In this document: positions 40,201 through 50,953 of the stretch, piece by piece
How the letters are laid out: each line of letters starts with the position of its first letter
Numbering within the stretch: position 1 is the first letter of the stretch
Assembly (NCBI RefSeq): GCF_001194135.2
Contig: NC_068989.1
Coordinates: 16,914,269 to 16,978,265, forward strand
Length of the DNA stretch: 63,997 nt
Reading direction: 5' to 3'
Source: Octopus bimaculoides
Taxonomy: Eukaryota
Position numbers and translations under genes: made by a program
Notes under the pieces: generated by a model
What the model saw: the letters and a program-made list of their open reading frames with translations, nothing else
What the model was told of the DNA's origin: nothing
The model's database searches: none

Positions 40201-43200
40201 GTAAATTCACCCCCACACATAACACTCATATACATACCTCCATGATTAACATACACCCTTGTATATCGCTCCTATCTACCTAACCTTAGAACTCTATAAG
40301 ATAAATGTTAATTCTTTAATTTATTTTAAAACTTGAACCTATTAAATCCCCTAATATTTATTTGTAACTCTTATAATCCTTAATAATTTAATATTCAACT
40401 GGTTTCTCCATTCACAACTACCTACACACTCATACCCTCATAGATAGAAATATTTCTACAGCCACTGACTTAAGCCATAAAACAGACACAAACACTTACT
40501 ACTAGATTTCCTCCCCAACCTCTACAGACTAGAAGAATACCACTGGCACCTACTATTCTCATTAAATCCCTTTCATTTTACTTTTTGTCTTTTTCACATT
40601 ATCTTCCTCTACCTCCTCTTCCTCTCTCCATATTTACCCTTATATATTTATTTATTTATCTTCTTGGTTATTTTTGTAAACTATATTCTTATATACCTTA
40701 TTTTATCCTTAATACAAATCTTTGTTTTCTTCTCCCACTCTCTCTATCTCTCTTCCTATTTATTTATTTTTCTTTCTCTTTATCCCTTAATAGCCACCTC
40801 TGCTACCACTCTCTTATGGAACGTTGATATGTTCGCATTTATTTCTGGATATTTACACTATTAAGACTTTAACCTATATGAATTTACACAGAGGATTGTA
40901 CCTAAGGACTTATGGACTGACATCTACACAATCGGAAAGTTGAATTGGGAACTTTTATGTTTCTTTTTTCTTCTCTTACTTTTGTTTCTTCACCTCCTTA
41001 TTCCTTTTCTCCTGTCCTTTATGTTGTCGTTTCATTAATCTATACCCTTCTCATTTTCCCTATTTGTCTCTGATGACAGAATATCTCATATTTTAGGATG
41101 TCCCAGAAACAGCTGTAAGATTTTGAATTTTTCCAATAATAATAATAACGTATATGATTTGAGATGTTTGTCTTGCCTTAACGTTTGTTGTCCTCTTTAA
41201 CAATTATATATATATATATATAATTTCTCCTTCTTTTTCGTCTTTTTCTTTTTACTTATATTTTATTTACTTTTCTGCTCTGATGAAGTTTCATGATTCA
41301 ATTTGGTATAACTAATCATCTACAATGATAACTATAATTACTATTATAGTGGCGGTTAGAGCTGAGAATCATGCTAACAGAAACAGCTGTAAGTCGAGGA
41401 TGTAAATCAATTGTTATCCATTTTCTGTTTTCCTTTGAACTACGTTCTTAACAGAATATACTATAACTATTGTTGTAGTGAAAATGGTACACTCTTTCCC
41501 ATGTGACAAAGTGGTATGACTCAGCCACTATAAAGTCAGACAGTCAGTTGTTGTAGGTCAGTAGTAGTAGATTCATTGTGTGAGTTCTCAGTTGGAGTCA
41601 GTACCAGTTACATGATATATATGAGTTCGAGTTACTGTCAAGCTGAGATTTTGAACTTATGGAGACAATATCTACATATCACCTGAGGAAACACAACTAG
41701 ATCTCATAATGCAGGGAAGCGGTTGCATAATCAAGTACCTGCACACCTGGAGAACTACATTTTGTGGAAACAATTTTAGTGATTAAAAAATAAATGTCCA
41801 ACTGTATTCCTTGTAGACCCCAATTTTTTTCAACTCTCTCTCTCTCTCTCTATATATATATATCTGGTATTGGGATTTATAGTACTGGCCACTATGTGTG
41901 TTTGTGTGACGGTCCCAAATGCATCTTTGATATTGGGACTGTGTGTGTCTGGAACACTGTATGTATCTAGTATATCTGGTATTTATAAGACTATTTTTAA
42001 GTGTGTGATCATCCCAAATAGTCATGTGATTCTGGGGCCATATGTGTATATGGTTGGCATTAATATATCTGTCGTACTGGAACTGTATATGTGTAGTGTT
42101 TGTCTCCAATGCTGGGACTGTAATATATATTACTGTCCAACCTTGTCCATTTTAATGTCTAACCAAGAATAATTAACAACAAAAATAATATCAAAAACAA
42201 AATCTATAAAAAAGATACAAGTTCTGTCTATATCTTGAATACTGATTATTTAACCAGGATCATGCACAGTAGACTTACTTGTACAGAATTCATGAGCATC
42301 TTTCACAATGGAAAAGTAGGTAGACAACTTATCAATTGTGAAGTCTTCATCCCTTGCATATTGTAATGTATATGTGTATAGGTTGAGCAGAATTGCTTCT
42401 CTGAGATCTTCTGCATAATTGGTGAGATTGAAGATTTCAGCAAGGATACTAAAACCACACAGAAAGCAGAATTGAAGAAGAAAATATTATTAAAATAACT
42501 TTGAAAAGCAATTTTATAATCTCAAAAATATATCTCTTGTTCTGTTTGGAGTTTACTAACTAACAGTGTTTTGATGTCTCTTGCAGAGTAACATGGTATG
42601 GTAACCTATTATCTTATTTTACCCAGATACACTTATGATCTAAGAGTCTTAAGAGAATTTTCTAGAAATGGTATAAAATGTAAACAATGTATGTGTAGTG
42701 AAACTACCTATCGTCACTAGATACAAAACTGCTAACGCGAATGTAGCGGAAAACATTAACCTTGTCATCACGTGACTGATCATTATTCGAATCGGCAACT
42801 TCTTTGAACCGTTCCCGCCAGAACGCAAACTGACCAATCACAGCCCTTAATAAGGTCACGTGATAGTGTTTTCCTACTACCGTCTTGGAGCCCTCTTAAC
42901 GCTTTAAATAGAACAACTCATATCCAGCAAATTTGTCTCGGTCCAGTTTCTCTTTGAGATCTGTTCCGTGTACCACACGACAGCAGCAGCAACAATCAGC
43001 CAGCGACCACTTCAACAGCTTCGTCCAGCCAACGATGACCACTGCCGTCGCCACATCAGCGACACGATTCTACGATTACTACTAACCAGCGTCAATCTCC
43101 ACCAGCGTCTACACGACTTTCTATGTACACCANNNNNNNNNNNNNNNNNNNNNNNNNNNNNNNNNNNNNNNNNNNNNNNNNNNNNNNNNNNNNNNNNNNN

Positions 43201-46200
43201 NNNNNNNNNNNNNNNNNNNNNNNNNNNNNNNNNNNNNNNNNNNNNNNNNNNNNNNNNNNNNNNNNNNNNNNNNNNNNNNNNNNNNNNNNNNNNNNNNNNN
43301 NNNNNNNNNNNNNNNNNNNNNNNNNNNNNNNATACTATTGGGTACACAAGAACTGGTATAATTGCTCACGTGTTATTGACTCTCTTTCTATCTGCTGTAA
43401 TAACTCACATACACACACATGTATCACTCACATACATACTTTTCTTTGTATGAGGGCCTGTCTTTGATTATGTTATTATATGTCACATTCACACTCTCAC
43501 ACAGACATACATCTTTAACGCTACAATAAATATTTCTGTTATTCATCTTATACGGTTGTGGTCTTTCATTACTGGTCATCTATGTTATCGTCGTATAACA
43601 TATCATGTATATCATCATTGATATATATAATTTTGTGTTCGACCGTGTGACATGTTTAAATAAAAGGAGTCCTCTGTTTTTCCATTCGTCACCATTTCTC
43701 CTTTTTGAGTTCGCACGGTCGTTCCTTACAAATGTATCAATAAACGACAACTACACCGTACACGGATCAATTTTAAATTTCGGAGAAGCATTTAATCACG
43801 ATAAACCGAAAGGATCAAACTTCACATGGGATGGTTGTCTAGACGTAACAACTGCACCACAACTCGGAGTAGAAGGAAATGTACACGGTGAATCGGTAGG
43901 CGAAACGAGAAAAAGAAAACGACAGTTCTGGAAAGAAGATTTAAATTACACAGAATACGGAGACTGATCACCATAACCTAGTTAAAGACGCAAACGGCAA
44001 TATGGTTCCCGCCAGTGGAAACATGGTTACGGCAAACAGAACAGTCATTAACAAAGTCCTATATACATCGGAAGACTCGCCAGAAATGATACTCATCAAC
44101 GTGCCACAGATCGTCAGACCCACGGTAGCAGCGCACAACAATACTTTGCATTCGATATCACGTACACCATAACACTAGACGCATACTACGAAGCTATGCA
44201 ACATCCGCAAAAAGTAGCCACCATATGCCACAAGGCAGCTGAGAACACTACTTATCCAGGATTTGAATATAATCTATTCTGCGCTACACCACCTTGCAGA
44301 CACTTGAACAATCTCCCGCCAAAAGGGAAACGGCACGGGAGAACTACTTACATAGATGCGGATTCAGCTGGCGACAAGGCACTTAAAAATTGTTCAGGAC
44401 ACTTTGTAAACAAGTAAGTAGACAGCGCTTGCCTGTCACTTGCTAATCACCTTCCAGGCCCTAAACACTATAAATACACACAGGCAACAGTGACAGCCAG
44501 CAGTCATGGACACACCAGTCAACAACTTCAACATGAGCGAGAACGACGACAAAAATACATTCGACCAGGCAGTGAAGTCGGAAGAGTTGAAACCATACAC
44601 GTGGGTGTACAGACTCAGAGATGAGAACGAGATAACTTGGGATGAGACGATCACCATCAGCGCAGCGACAGACACCTTCACACACGACTACACGCCGCAG
44701 ACAAATTATTTCATGAACATTCTATCGAAACATCCCAACATAACGATATTTCACAAGCGTTCCATTTCGGCGATAAAACATTGCTACGACAGACCACACT
44801 TTCACGTAATATCATGGCATAAAGACCATCCGACAAACCTACATAGCTTTTCACAACTTAAAAATTTGTTAAAAAAACGACCTCGGAAAACTGTACAACA
44901 TGGCAGCTATGAAGCTATTCACACCATATGGATTCGCAAACTACCTAAACAAAGACAGCTCCATCAGATGGGTAGTATCTGCTGACAACATCAAAACACT
45001 CGGACAAAAGATGATGTATGAAAAGCTCACATGCAAATCATTGAATACAACAACAAATTACTCACAGGAATCAGACGAAGACAAACAACTCATTAACAAC
45101 AAGACTGTAAGAGGATCTAAATATGATTTTATTAAGAAAATCATGCNNNNNNNNNNNNNNNNNNNNNNNNNNNNNNNNNNNNNNNNNNNNNNNNNNNNNN
45201 NNNNNNNNNNNNNNNNNNNNNNNNNNNNNNNNNNNNNNNNNCCAACATAGAAGCACTTTCTACACCGATCTGGGAACAGATTAGGCAAAAAAAAGACTAT
45301 TTTCAATCAAATGCAAACAATTACCATAATATCCAAAGATCGTTAGACATTTACGAAGAATGGCTAACACACTACAATATTGACGCTGATAATTTCTCCA
45401 AACACACATTCGAGGTTTGTCATAAGATAAACCCGAAAGTTAACGGGCTGCACATAACCGGAGTTTCCAATTCTGGGAAGAGCTATATACTACGTTCGAT
45501 AAGAAACGGATTGATCAACTGTGGACGCATGCGATGTCAGGCATCGGACAACTTTACATTTGGTTCCTGCGTAGACAAAACAATCATTTATACTGACAAA
45601 ATTATTATGGATATCAAAGCAGCTCCTCTTTAAACTGAAAAACTATGAAATACTGAGACAAAACAATATGCCAAGATGAATCTGCAGAAATGCCAATATG
45701 ATGAGATATAATTTTCAACAACAGATACTTACGTTTTCACATTTTGCAGTGTTAGGGCATCCTTAAGTGCTTGTGATTGGTCTGGGTCCAAGTCTTTCCT
45801 GTAGTTATTTCATTATAAACAACAAAAGACAAATATATTACTCAACAAGCTTCAAACTATTTCACTTTCATATGAAATTATTTCTACAAAACTAAATTCT
45901 CTGTTTAAATATTATTTGAATAAATTATGAAGGTAATTTTTTTTTTATATAAGTTACTTTTAAATCTTTAAGTATGACAACTTATTTCTTCTGTATTGTA
46001 GTGGCATAAAGGGAGTCAAATCAGAAGAAGGTGTTGTGGTGATCATTCATTTACCAAGATTCATCATCATCATCATCATCGTTTAACGTCCGCTTTCCAT
46101 GCTAGCATGGGTTGGACGATTTGACTGAGGACTGGTGAAACCGGATGGCAACACCAGGCTCCAGTCTGATTTGGCAGAGTTTCTACAGCTGGATGCCCTT

Positions 46201-46972
46201 CCTAACGCCAACCACTCAGAGAGTGTAGTGGGTGCTTTTACGTGTCACCCGCACGATACGTGTCAACAGAAATTTATTTGTCAAATCTATTTCAGATACA
46301 TACTTAATGCCGTCCTGTTAAATGTAGAGGGAGATATTCTAAACCCTTCAGAGATATTCTAAACCCTTAACATCAATTTTTATTAGAGAAAAAAAAAACA
46401 AAAAATCAGTTTTTGCTCTAAAATCACCTAAAAACACCTTTAAAAAGTGCCAAAACTATAAAATCCATTAACTTCAATTGCAACTTGATTTAACGGAAGT
46501 TAAATGTAACAGAAGTTAATTAGTCCGATAATGATTTCCAAAGTTAACTTAAAAGTTAAATTGTTAACGAAAATGTTTACTTCATTAATTAATTACAGGT
46601 GCATGAGTGGCTGTGTGGTAAGTAGCTTGCTTACCAACCACATGGTTCTGGGTTCAGTCCCACTGCTTGTCACCTTGGGTAAGTGTCTTCTACTGTAGCC
46701 TTGGGCCAACCAAAGCCTTGTGAGTGAATTTGGTAGACGGAAACTGAAAGAAGCCNNNNNNNNNNNNNNNNNNNNNNNNNNNNNNNNNNNNNNNNNNNNN
46801 NNNNNNNNNNNNNNNNNNNNNNNNNNNNNNNNNNNNNNNNNNNNNNNNNNNNNNNNNNNNNNNNNNNNNNNNNNNNNNNNNNNNNNNNNNNNNNNNNNNN
46901 NNNNNNNNNNNNNNNNNNNNNNNNNNNNNNNNNNNNNNNNNNNNNNNNNNNNNNNNNNNNNNNNNNNNNNNN

Positions 46973-47005
<33 letters not shown>

Positions 47006-50000
47006 AAAGTTTGTGTGTCTGTATTTGTCCCCCCAACTTCGCTTGACAACTGATGCTGGTGTGTTTACGTCCCCGTAACTTAGCAGTTCGGCAAAAAGAG
47101 ACCGATAGAATAAGTACTAGGCTTAGAAAGAATAAGTCCTGGGGTCGATTTGCTTGACTAAAGGCGGTGCCCCAGCATGGCCACAGTCAAATGACTGAAA
47201 CAAGTAAAAGAGTAATGATTAACAGATTAAGTTTGGTGCCCAGGTTTGTTTCTAAAGGTATTTTTAGGTGGTTTTAGAGCAAAGACTGATTTTTTGTTCT
47301 TTTTTTCTATAATAAAAATGAATGTTAAGGGTTTATTCATAACTGACGTTACATTTTTAAAGAATTAACTGATTAATGGTTATCAAATTAACTGATTAAC
47401 GGTTGATGGCTAATGTTAGTGATGATGCTTGGTATGATGGTGATAATAGATAGGCGATAGGTACCTCTGTAGAAAGACAAATGACCACCTGTCAGAAAGA
47501 TTGTGAGGAAGCTTCAAAGGGAAAGACATCACATATGTGCATGTGCATGCAACCTTCACCCTTCTCACACGCACAAAAGTACTGATGATAAATAAATACA
47601 TACTAAAGGTTGGTAATAGTACCAACTGTGATGGTAATAACTAATGGTAGGAACGAAAAATAGCAGTTATGCTGGTGGTGATGATACAGAAAATAAAATA
47701 ATAAAAGTGTATGTATGCATTAGTGAATTTTATTTTTTTAAAAGTTTCATTTAAAAATGTTTCTCATTTGCATCACATGGATCCCACAAGAGCTGGACCG
47801 AATGAATCTGTCCCCACTACCACTGGCTACACCTGTGGGTGTTGTGGCAGTGTGTATTGGCATTGTAGTGTCTGCGTGTTTTGTTGTAGTGAGAGCGTGT
47901 ATTGTCGTATGTATTACTGTTGTGAAGTATGTACTGGTGGAGGTTATGTTTTGTTGGTGTAATATCTGTCTATTGGTCTTGGTCAAGTAATGACTGTGTG
48001 CATTAGTGATGTAGGGGCTGTTTATGAGTGTTGTAGTGGTTATGTGTATTGTTGCTGTAGTTGTGCTCCGGTTAGTATGTAGGTGATGTGTATGGGTAGT
48101 TGGTGTGGTAGCTGTGTTTTCCTGCGTTGTTGATGTCTTTAGATGTGACTGAGGTGTTACTATGACTGTCTGTTTGGTTAGAGTAATAGAACCTTTTTAG
48201 AATTAGATGCTGATATCATCTTACTTACCAAATGACTACCTTGATCCCCAGTTTTGGAGGCTGGAGAAAAAGAAATAATTAATGTATTATTTTAATTATT
48301 CGAGTATCTAAGAACAACGTTTTAGAGATGACATTTATAAATAACATGCATATGGATGAAGACAGCTGAATAAAGAAGTTTTAATTGTGGAGGGTACCTG
48401 TGGAAGGGGTAGATCCAGAAAGACACGGGATGAAGTGGTGAGAAAGGGTCTTCAGATGCTGGGCCTCACAGAGGAAATGACAAAGGACAAGGATTTTATT
48501 CAACATATTCCCCTTCTCAAATTCATACAGTTATTGCAGCAGTCCTTCAATTTTTCTAAACCCTCTAGAAGAACTCGGATGATTAAGCCGCCAATCAGGC
48601 CTTTTGCAATACTTATAAGGTCAGAAACTTTTCAGCGAACCCTCATATGTGCATGTTTGTAGACACATATAAATATACCGTTTATATGAATCCCAATATC
48701 AACAGTAATATTATGATATTTATGCTTTTTTAGTCATCAGCAAAGTTGACCATTATTATCAAGAATCACAATGTATCATTCATAATACCAATATTCCAAG
48801 AATTAACAAATATTTTAATATAGTTAACAGCAACAAAGGTGAAACAGCTATCAGTTTGAGGGAAATTCCTTCATTACAATAGATTTTTACACTGGCATAA
48901 TGCCAAAATTATATAAAGAGTGGGGGTGAGTACTTAAATGATTGATAAACAATATATTATTGGTGCTTAACTTGTTGAATCCTGGATGGATGAAGAGGAT
49001 ACATGAATGTAATAAAACAAAACTAAACACTACAGGGCTGGCAATTTACTGACTCTAGCATTTACTACTACTAACAACAACAACAACAACAATAATGATA
49101 ATAGTAATAATGGTTTCAAATTTTGGCAAAAGGGCAACAATTTTAGGGGAGGGGATGAGTCGATTACATTGACCCCAGTGTTCAAGTGGTACTTATTTTA
49201 TTGATACTAAAAGAATGAAAGGCAAAGTTGACCTTGGTGGAATTTGAACTCAGAACATGAAAATAGATGAAATGCTGCTAAGCATTTTGCCTGGCATGCT
49301 AACGATTCTGCCAGCTCGCCTTATCAGTATCATTATTCATCATCATCATCATCATCACCATCATCATCGTTTAACGTCCGCTTTCTATGCTAGCATGGGT
49401 TGGACGACTTGACTGAGGACTGGTGAAACCGGATGGCAACACCAGGCTCCAATCTAAATTTGGCAGAGTTTCTACAGCTGGATGCCCTTCCTAACGCCAA
49501 CCACTCAGAGAGTGTAGTAGGTGCTTATTATTAAACAATAATCCCATGTCAGATTTGTCTTGCAAATAGCAGCCTTATTGGACACAGCACACATCTTAAG
49601 GAAAGTATCATCTGTCCGAGGTCCTTGAAGTGACTTTTTTTAAATAGCATAAATATGTTTATGGCGAGAAAAATATTCTTTACTCTAGGCACAAGGCCCG
49701 AAATTTTTTGGGGAGGGGGTCCAGTCGATTAGATCGACCCCAGTATGCAACTGGTACTTGATTTATCGACCCCGAAAGGATGAAAGGCAAAGTCGACTTC
49801 GACGGAATTTGAACTCAGAACGTAAAGAGAGATGAAATACCGCTAAGCATTTCGCCTGGCATGCTAACGTTTCTGGCAGCTCACCGCCTTATGACGAGAA
49901 AAATATTGAAAAACGTCAATACATGTAAGAGTGACAAAGAAAATGGGGAAGGTGGTCGTGGGATGTGCTAGAAACAAAAGCCAAATCTCCCTTAAGTCAC

Positions 50001-50208
50001 ACACTTTTTCGTCGGGAAATATTTTCAATTTCTTTTTTCTTTCCGCAAAAGCCTCTCCCACCATGAATTTTGAGTGCATAGTACAAAAATAAATAAATAA
50101 AAAAGAAAAGGAGAAAGAAAAATATTGATCAGAATCGGTGGGGGAGGTAAGTTTAGACAAAAAATCATAAATTTTCAAATTTATTCTTCCTAAAAAGACG
50201 CTTACCAT
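29935..50208 (-). CDS. CFAP119: CFAP119/CCDC189-like copy 2, 9 exons, about 264 aa
   Basis: Minus-strand exons: 50206-50208 (candidate ATG-only exon 1), 48229-48260, 45733-45798, 42279-42448, 39538-39608, 34682-34798, 33274-33331, 31619-31708, 29935-30122 (stop). Exons 2-7 match copy 1 in length (32, 66, 170, 71, 117, 58 nt) and phase; frame open throughout; last exon encodes coiled coil EEAKKYLRKIITEVLQEKIREIKLSVNEKLKHSEQMVKNKL. Confidence 0.88.
33386..33680 (-). repeat. Family D copy
   Basis: (CAT)n tail plus core. Confidence 0.85.
37031..37283 (+). repeat. Family D copy
   Basis: Core plus (GAT)n tail. Confidence 0.85.
37317..37800 (+). mobile_element. Mariner transposon 5' fragment (left TIR plus HTH region)
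   Basis: TA-CAAGGTCTGATCAATAAGTATCCGGAC terminus; decayed IKFYQKLG...YKWFRHFQD...ATICELSEDLQLS. Confidence 0.75.
37801..38353 (+). mobile_element. Tc1 DD34E transposase C-terminal fragment
   Basis: PTVKHGGIFIMVW, FMEDGAPCH, WPSQSPDMNPIENLW; 34 residues between D and E; in-frame stops upstream of the 115-aa ORF. Confidence 0.9.
38625..39370 (+). mobile_element. Decayed, internally deleted Tc1/mariner-superfamily element (maT/DD37D-like)
   Basis: N-terminal RKEHSRYSD; C-terminal KPWLERVAAGRPYV, NPMDYYV...NTKAKLVAKIKE...CARFQSHLEAVVEAEGSYFE*. Confidence 0.7.
39736..39923 (+). repeat. SINE family C, 5' truncated
   Basis: Nearly identical to 14465-14655. Confidence 0.85.
39930..40200 (-). mobile_element. 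Penelope-like retroelement remnant
   Basis: RSILWYTPAFALNIKDLAKAFF followed across frameshifts by FPCNHKYHSIFNR and SSPNIESII, resembling the IIWFNPPFS...HFP..HKYHKIFNRN...YSCMPNI block of Penelope-like ORFs. Confidence 0.7.
41066..41121 (+). ncRNA. Hammerhead-like motif, degenerate stem II
   Basis: GTCT-CTGATGA...GAAACAGCTGTA-AGAT. Confidence 0.5.
41277..41394 (+). ncRNA. Hammerhead-like motif with long stem II insertion
   Basis: GCT-CTGATGA-AGTTTCATGATTC...GAATCATGCTAACA-GAAACAGCTGTA-AGT. Confidence 0.5.
42765..42915 (+). promoter_or_regulatory. Promoter-like cluster at the left end of the viral-like insert
   Basis: Two CACGTG E-boxes, a CCAAT box and TTTAAATAG within about 150 bp of CpG-rich sequence. 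Confidence 0.4.
43605..44417 (+). pseudogene. Frameshifted ORF upstream of the Rep, candidate viral capsid (jelly-roll) C-terminal part
   Basis: Three overlapping frames join into one reading (shifts near 43950 and 44130); PEMILINVPQIVRP/GSSAQQYFAFDITYTITLDAY resembles the last two beta strands of parvoviral capsids; same CpG-rich, C/A-rich composition as the Rep. Confidence 0.45.
44469..44508 (+). promoter_or_regulatory. TATA box plus CAGT initiator-like motif before the Rep ATG
   Basis: TATAAAT at 44469-44475, CAGT at 44501-44504 (32 nt downstream), ATG at 44506. Confidence 0.55.
44506..45633 (+). pseudogene. Endogenous parvovirus-like NS1/Rep (HUH endonuclease plus SF3 helicase), frameshifted and 3' truncated
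   Basis: RPHFHVISW (HUH, 44797-44805); after a frameshift near the A-run at about 44875, ANYLNKD (YxxK, 44942-44953); after the N gap KVNGLHITGVSNSGKSYI (Walker A, 45460-45483) and KTIIYTDK (degenerate Walker B, about 45583-45600); stop at 45633. Confidence 0.85.
46361..47335. mobile_element. Foldback/MITE-like element with about 85-bp inverted repeats, interrupted by a SINE
   Basis: 46361-46445 is the near reverse complement of 47250-47335. Confidence 0.7.
46598..47213 (+). repeat. SINE family B spanning an N gap
   Basis: Head before and tail after the gap. Confidence 0.85.
49678..49888 (-). repeat. SINE family C
   Basis: Reverse-complement copy. Confidence 0.85.
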
Positions 50209-50896
50209 CTTTTTCCGAGTCCGTGGTCAAAAAGAATTGGGGAAATCCCGTCAAAAACGGAGAAAATTCAACTTTTGTTGGGTAGGCTTCCCGATCTGAA
50301 ATTCCGCTTACTTTTGATACTTTGACTAGAAATTGTACATGTGAAGACGACGATGACGATGATGATTTCAAACTATGAAAATTGTTTTGTTCTTAAACTG
50401 AATGTTACCTTGCTCCTATTTTTAGAAGGAGACCTGTTTACTGTGTCGAGAGCTATGAATGATAAGCGGCACCTGTACACGTCGTTGCTATATACGCCTC
50501 ACTCTCAGAGCTGGTGGTAATGGAAAAATCTGTGTAAATATAATTGCTGTTGTTGTTTATCATCTGATCGGGTAGACCTATATATCTCAAGTTCTTTCAA
50601 TATCACTTAATCTTCTTGTATTCCTCACAGCAACTAATTTATTACACTTGATGAAAGTTTTGTACTTACGAATATTCGTTGCAAAGTCGCAAGTCTTTTC
50701 CAGCGATACATCGTTTACACTTTAAAACGAACAACGCTTTTTTTTTTTTTTTATTTGGTCACAAAATTATTTCCCTTACATTTGTTGCTATTAACAACAA
50801 AGCGTTCTACATACCATTAAACAATTGGAACCATTTTAAGTCGTCGTCGTCCTCGTGGTCGTCATTGTCGTCGCTGCCACCACCACCACCACGGTG

Positions 50897-50953
50897 ATGA
50901 ACGGAACAACTTTCACTAGCTGTAATATGTCTGAGGCAGCGACTGACCCATCG
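50897..50953 (+). pseudogene. Orphan copy of CFAP119 exon 1 with upstream promoter block, opposite in orientation to copy 2
   Basis: 50773-50808 matches 7537-7572; ATGTCTGAGGCAGCGACTGACCCATCG|GTAAC resembles copy-1 ATGTCGATGGGCAGTGTCCCTTTG|GTAAG (phase-0 donor); no plus-strand exon 2 seen downstream. Confidence 0.5.

Noticed and set aside
44506-45633. Helitron interpretation of the HUH protein
   Set aside because: Helicase motifs have SF3 spacing and context, not the PIF1/SF1 type of Helitrons
50165-50371. 68-aa ORF as the N-terminus of copy 2
   Set aside because: Its frame gives a phase-1 donor, incompatible with phase-0 exon 2; the ATG directly at the donor fits instead
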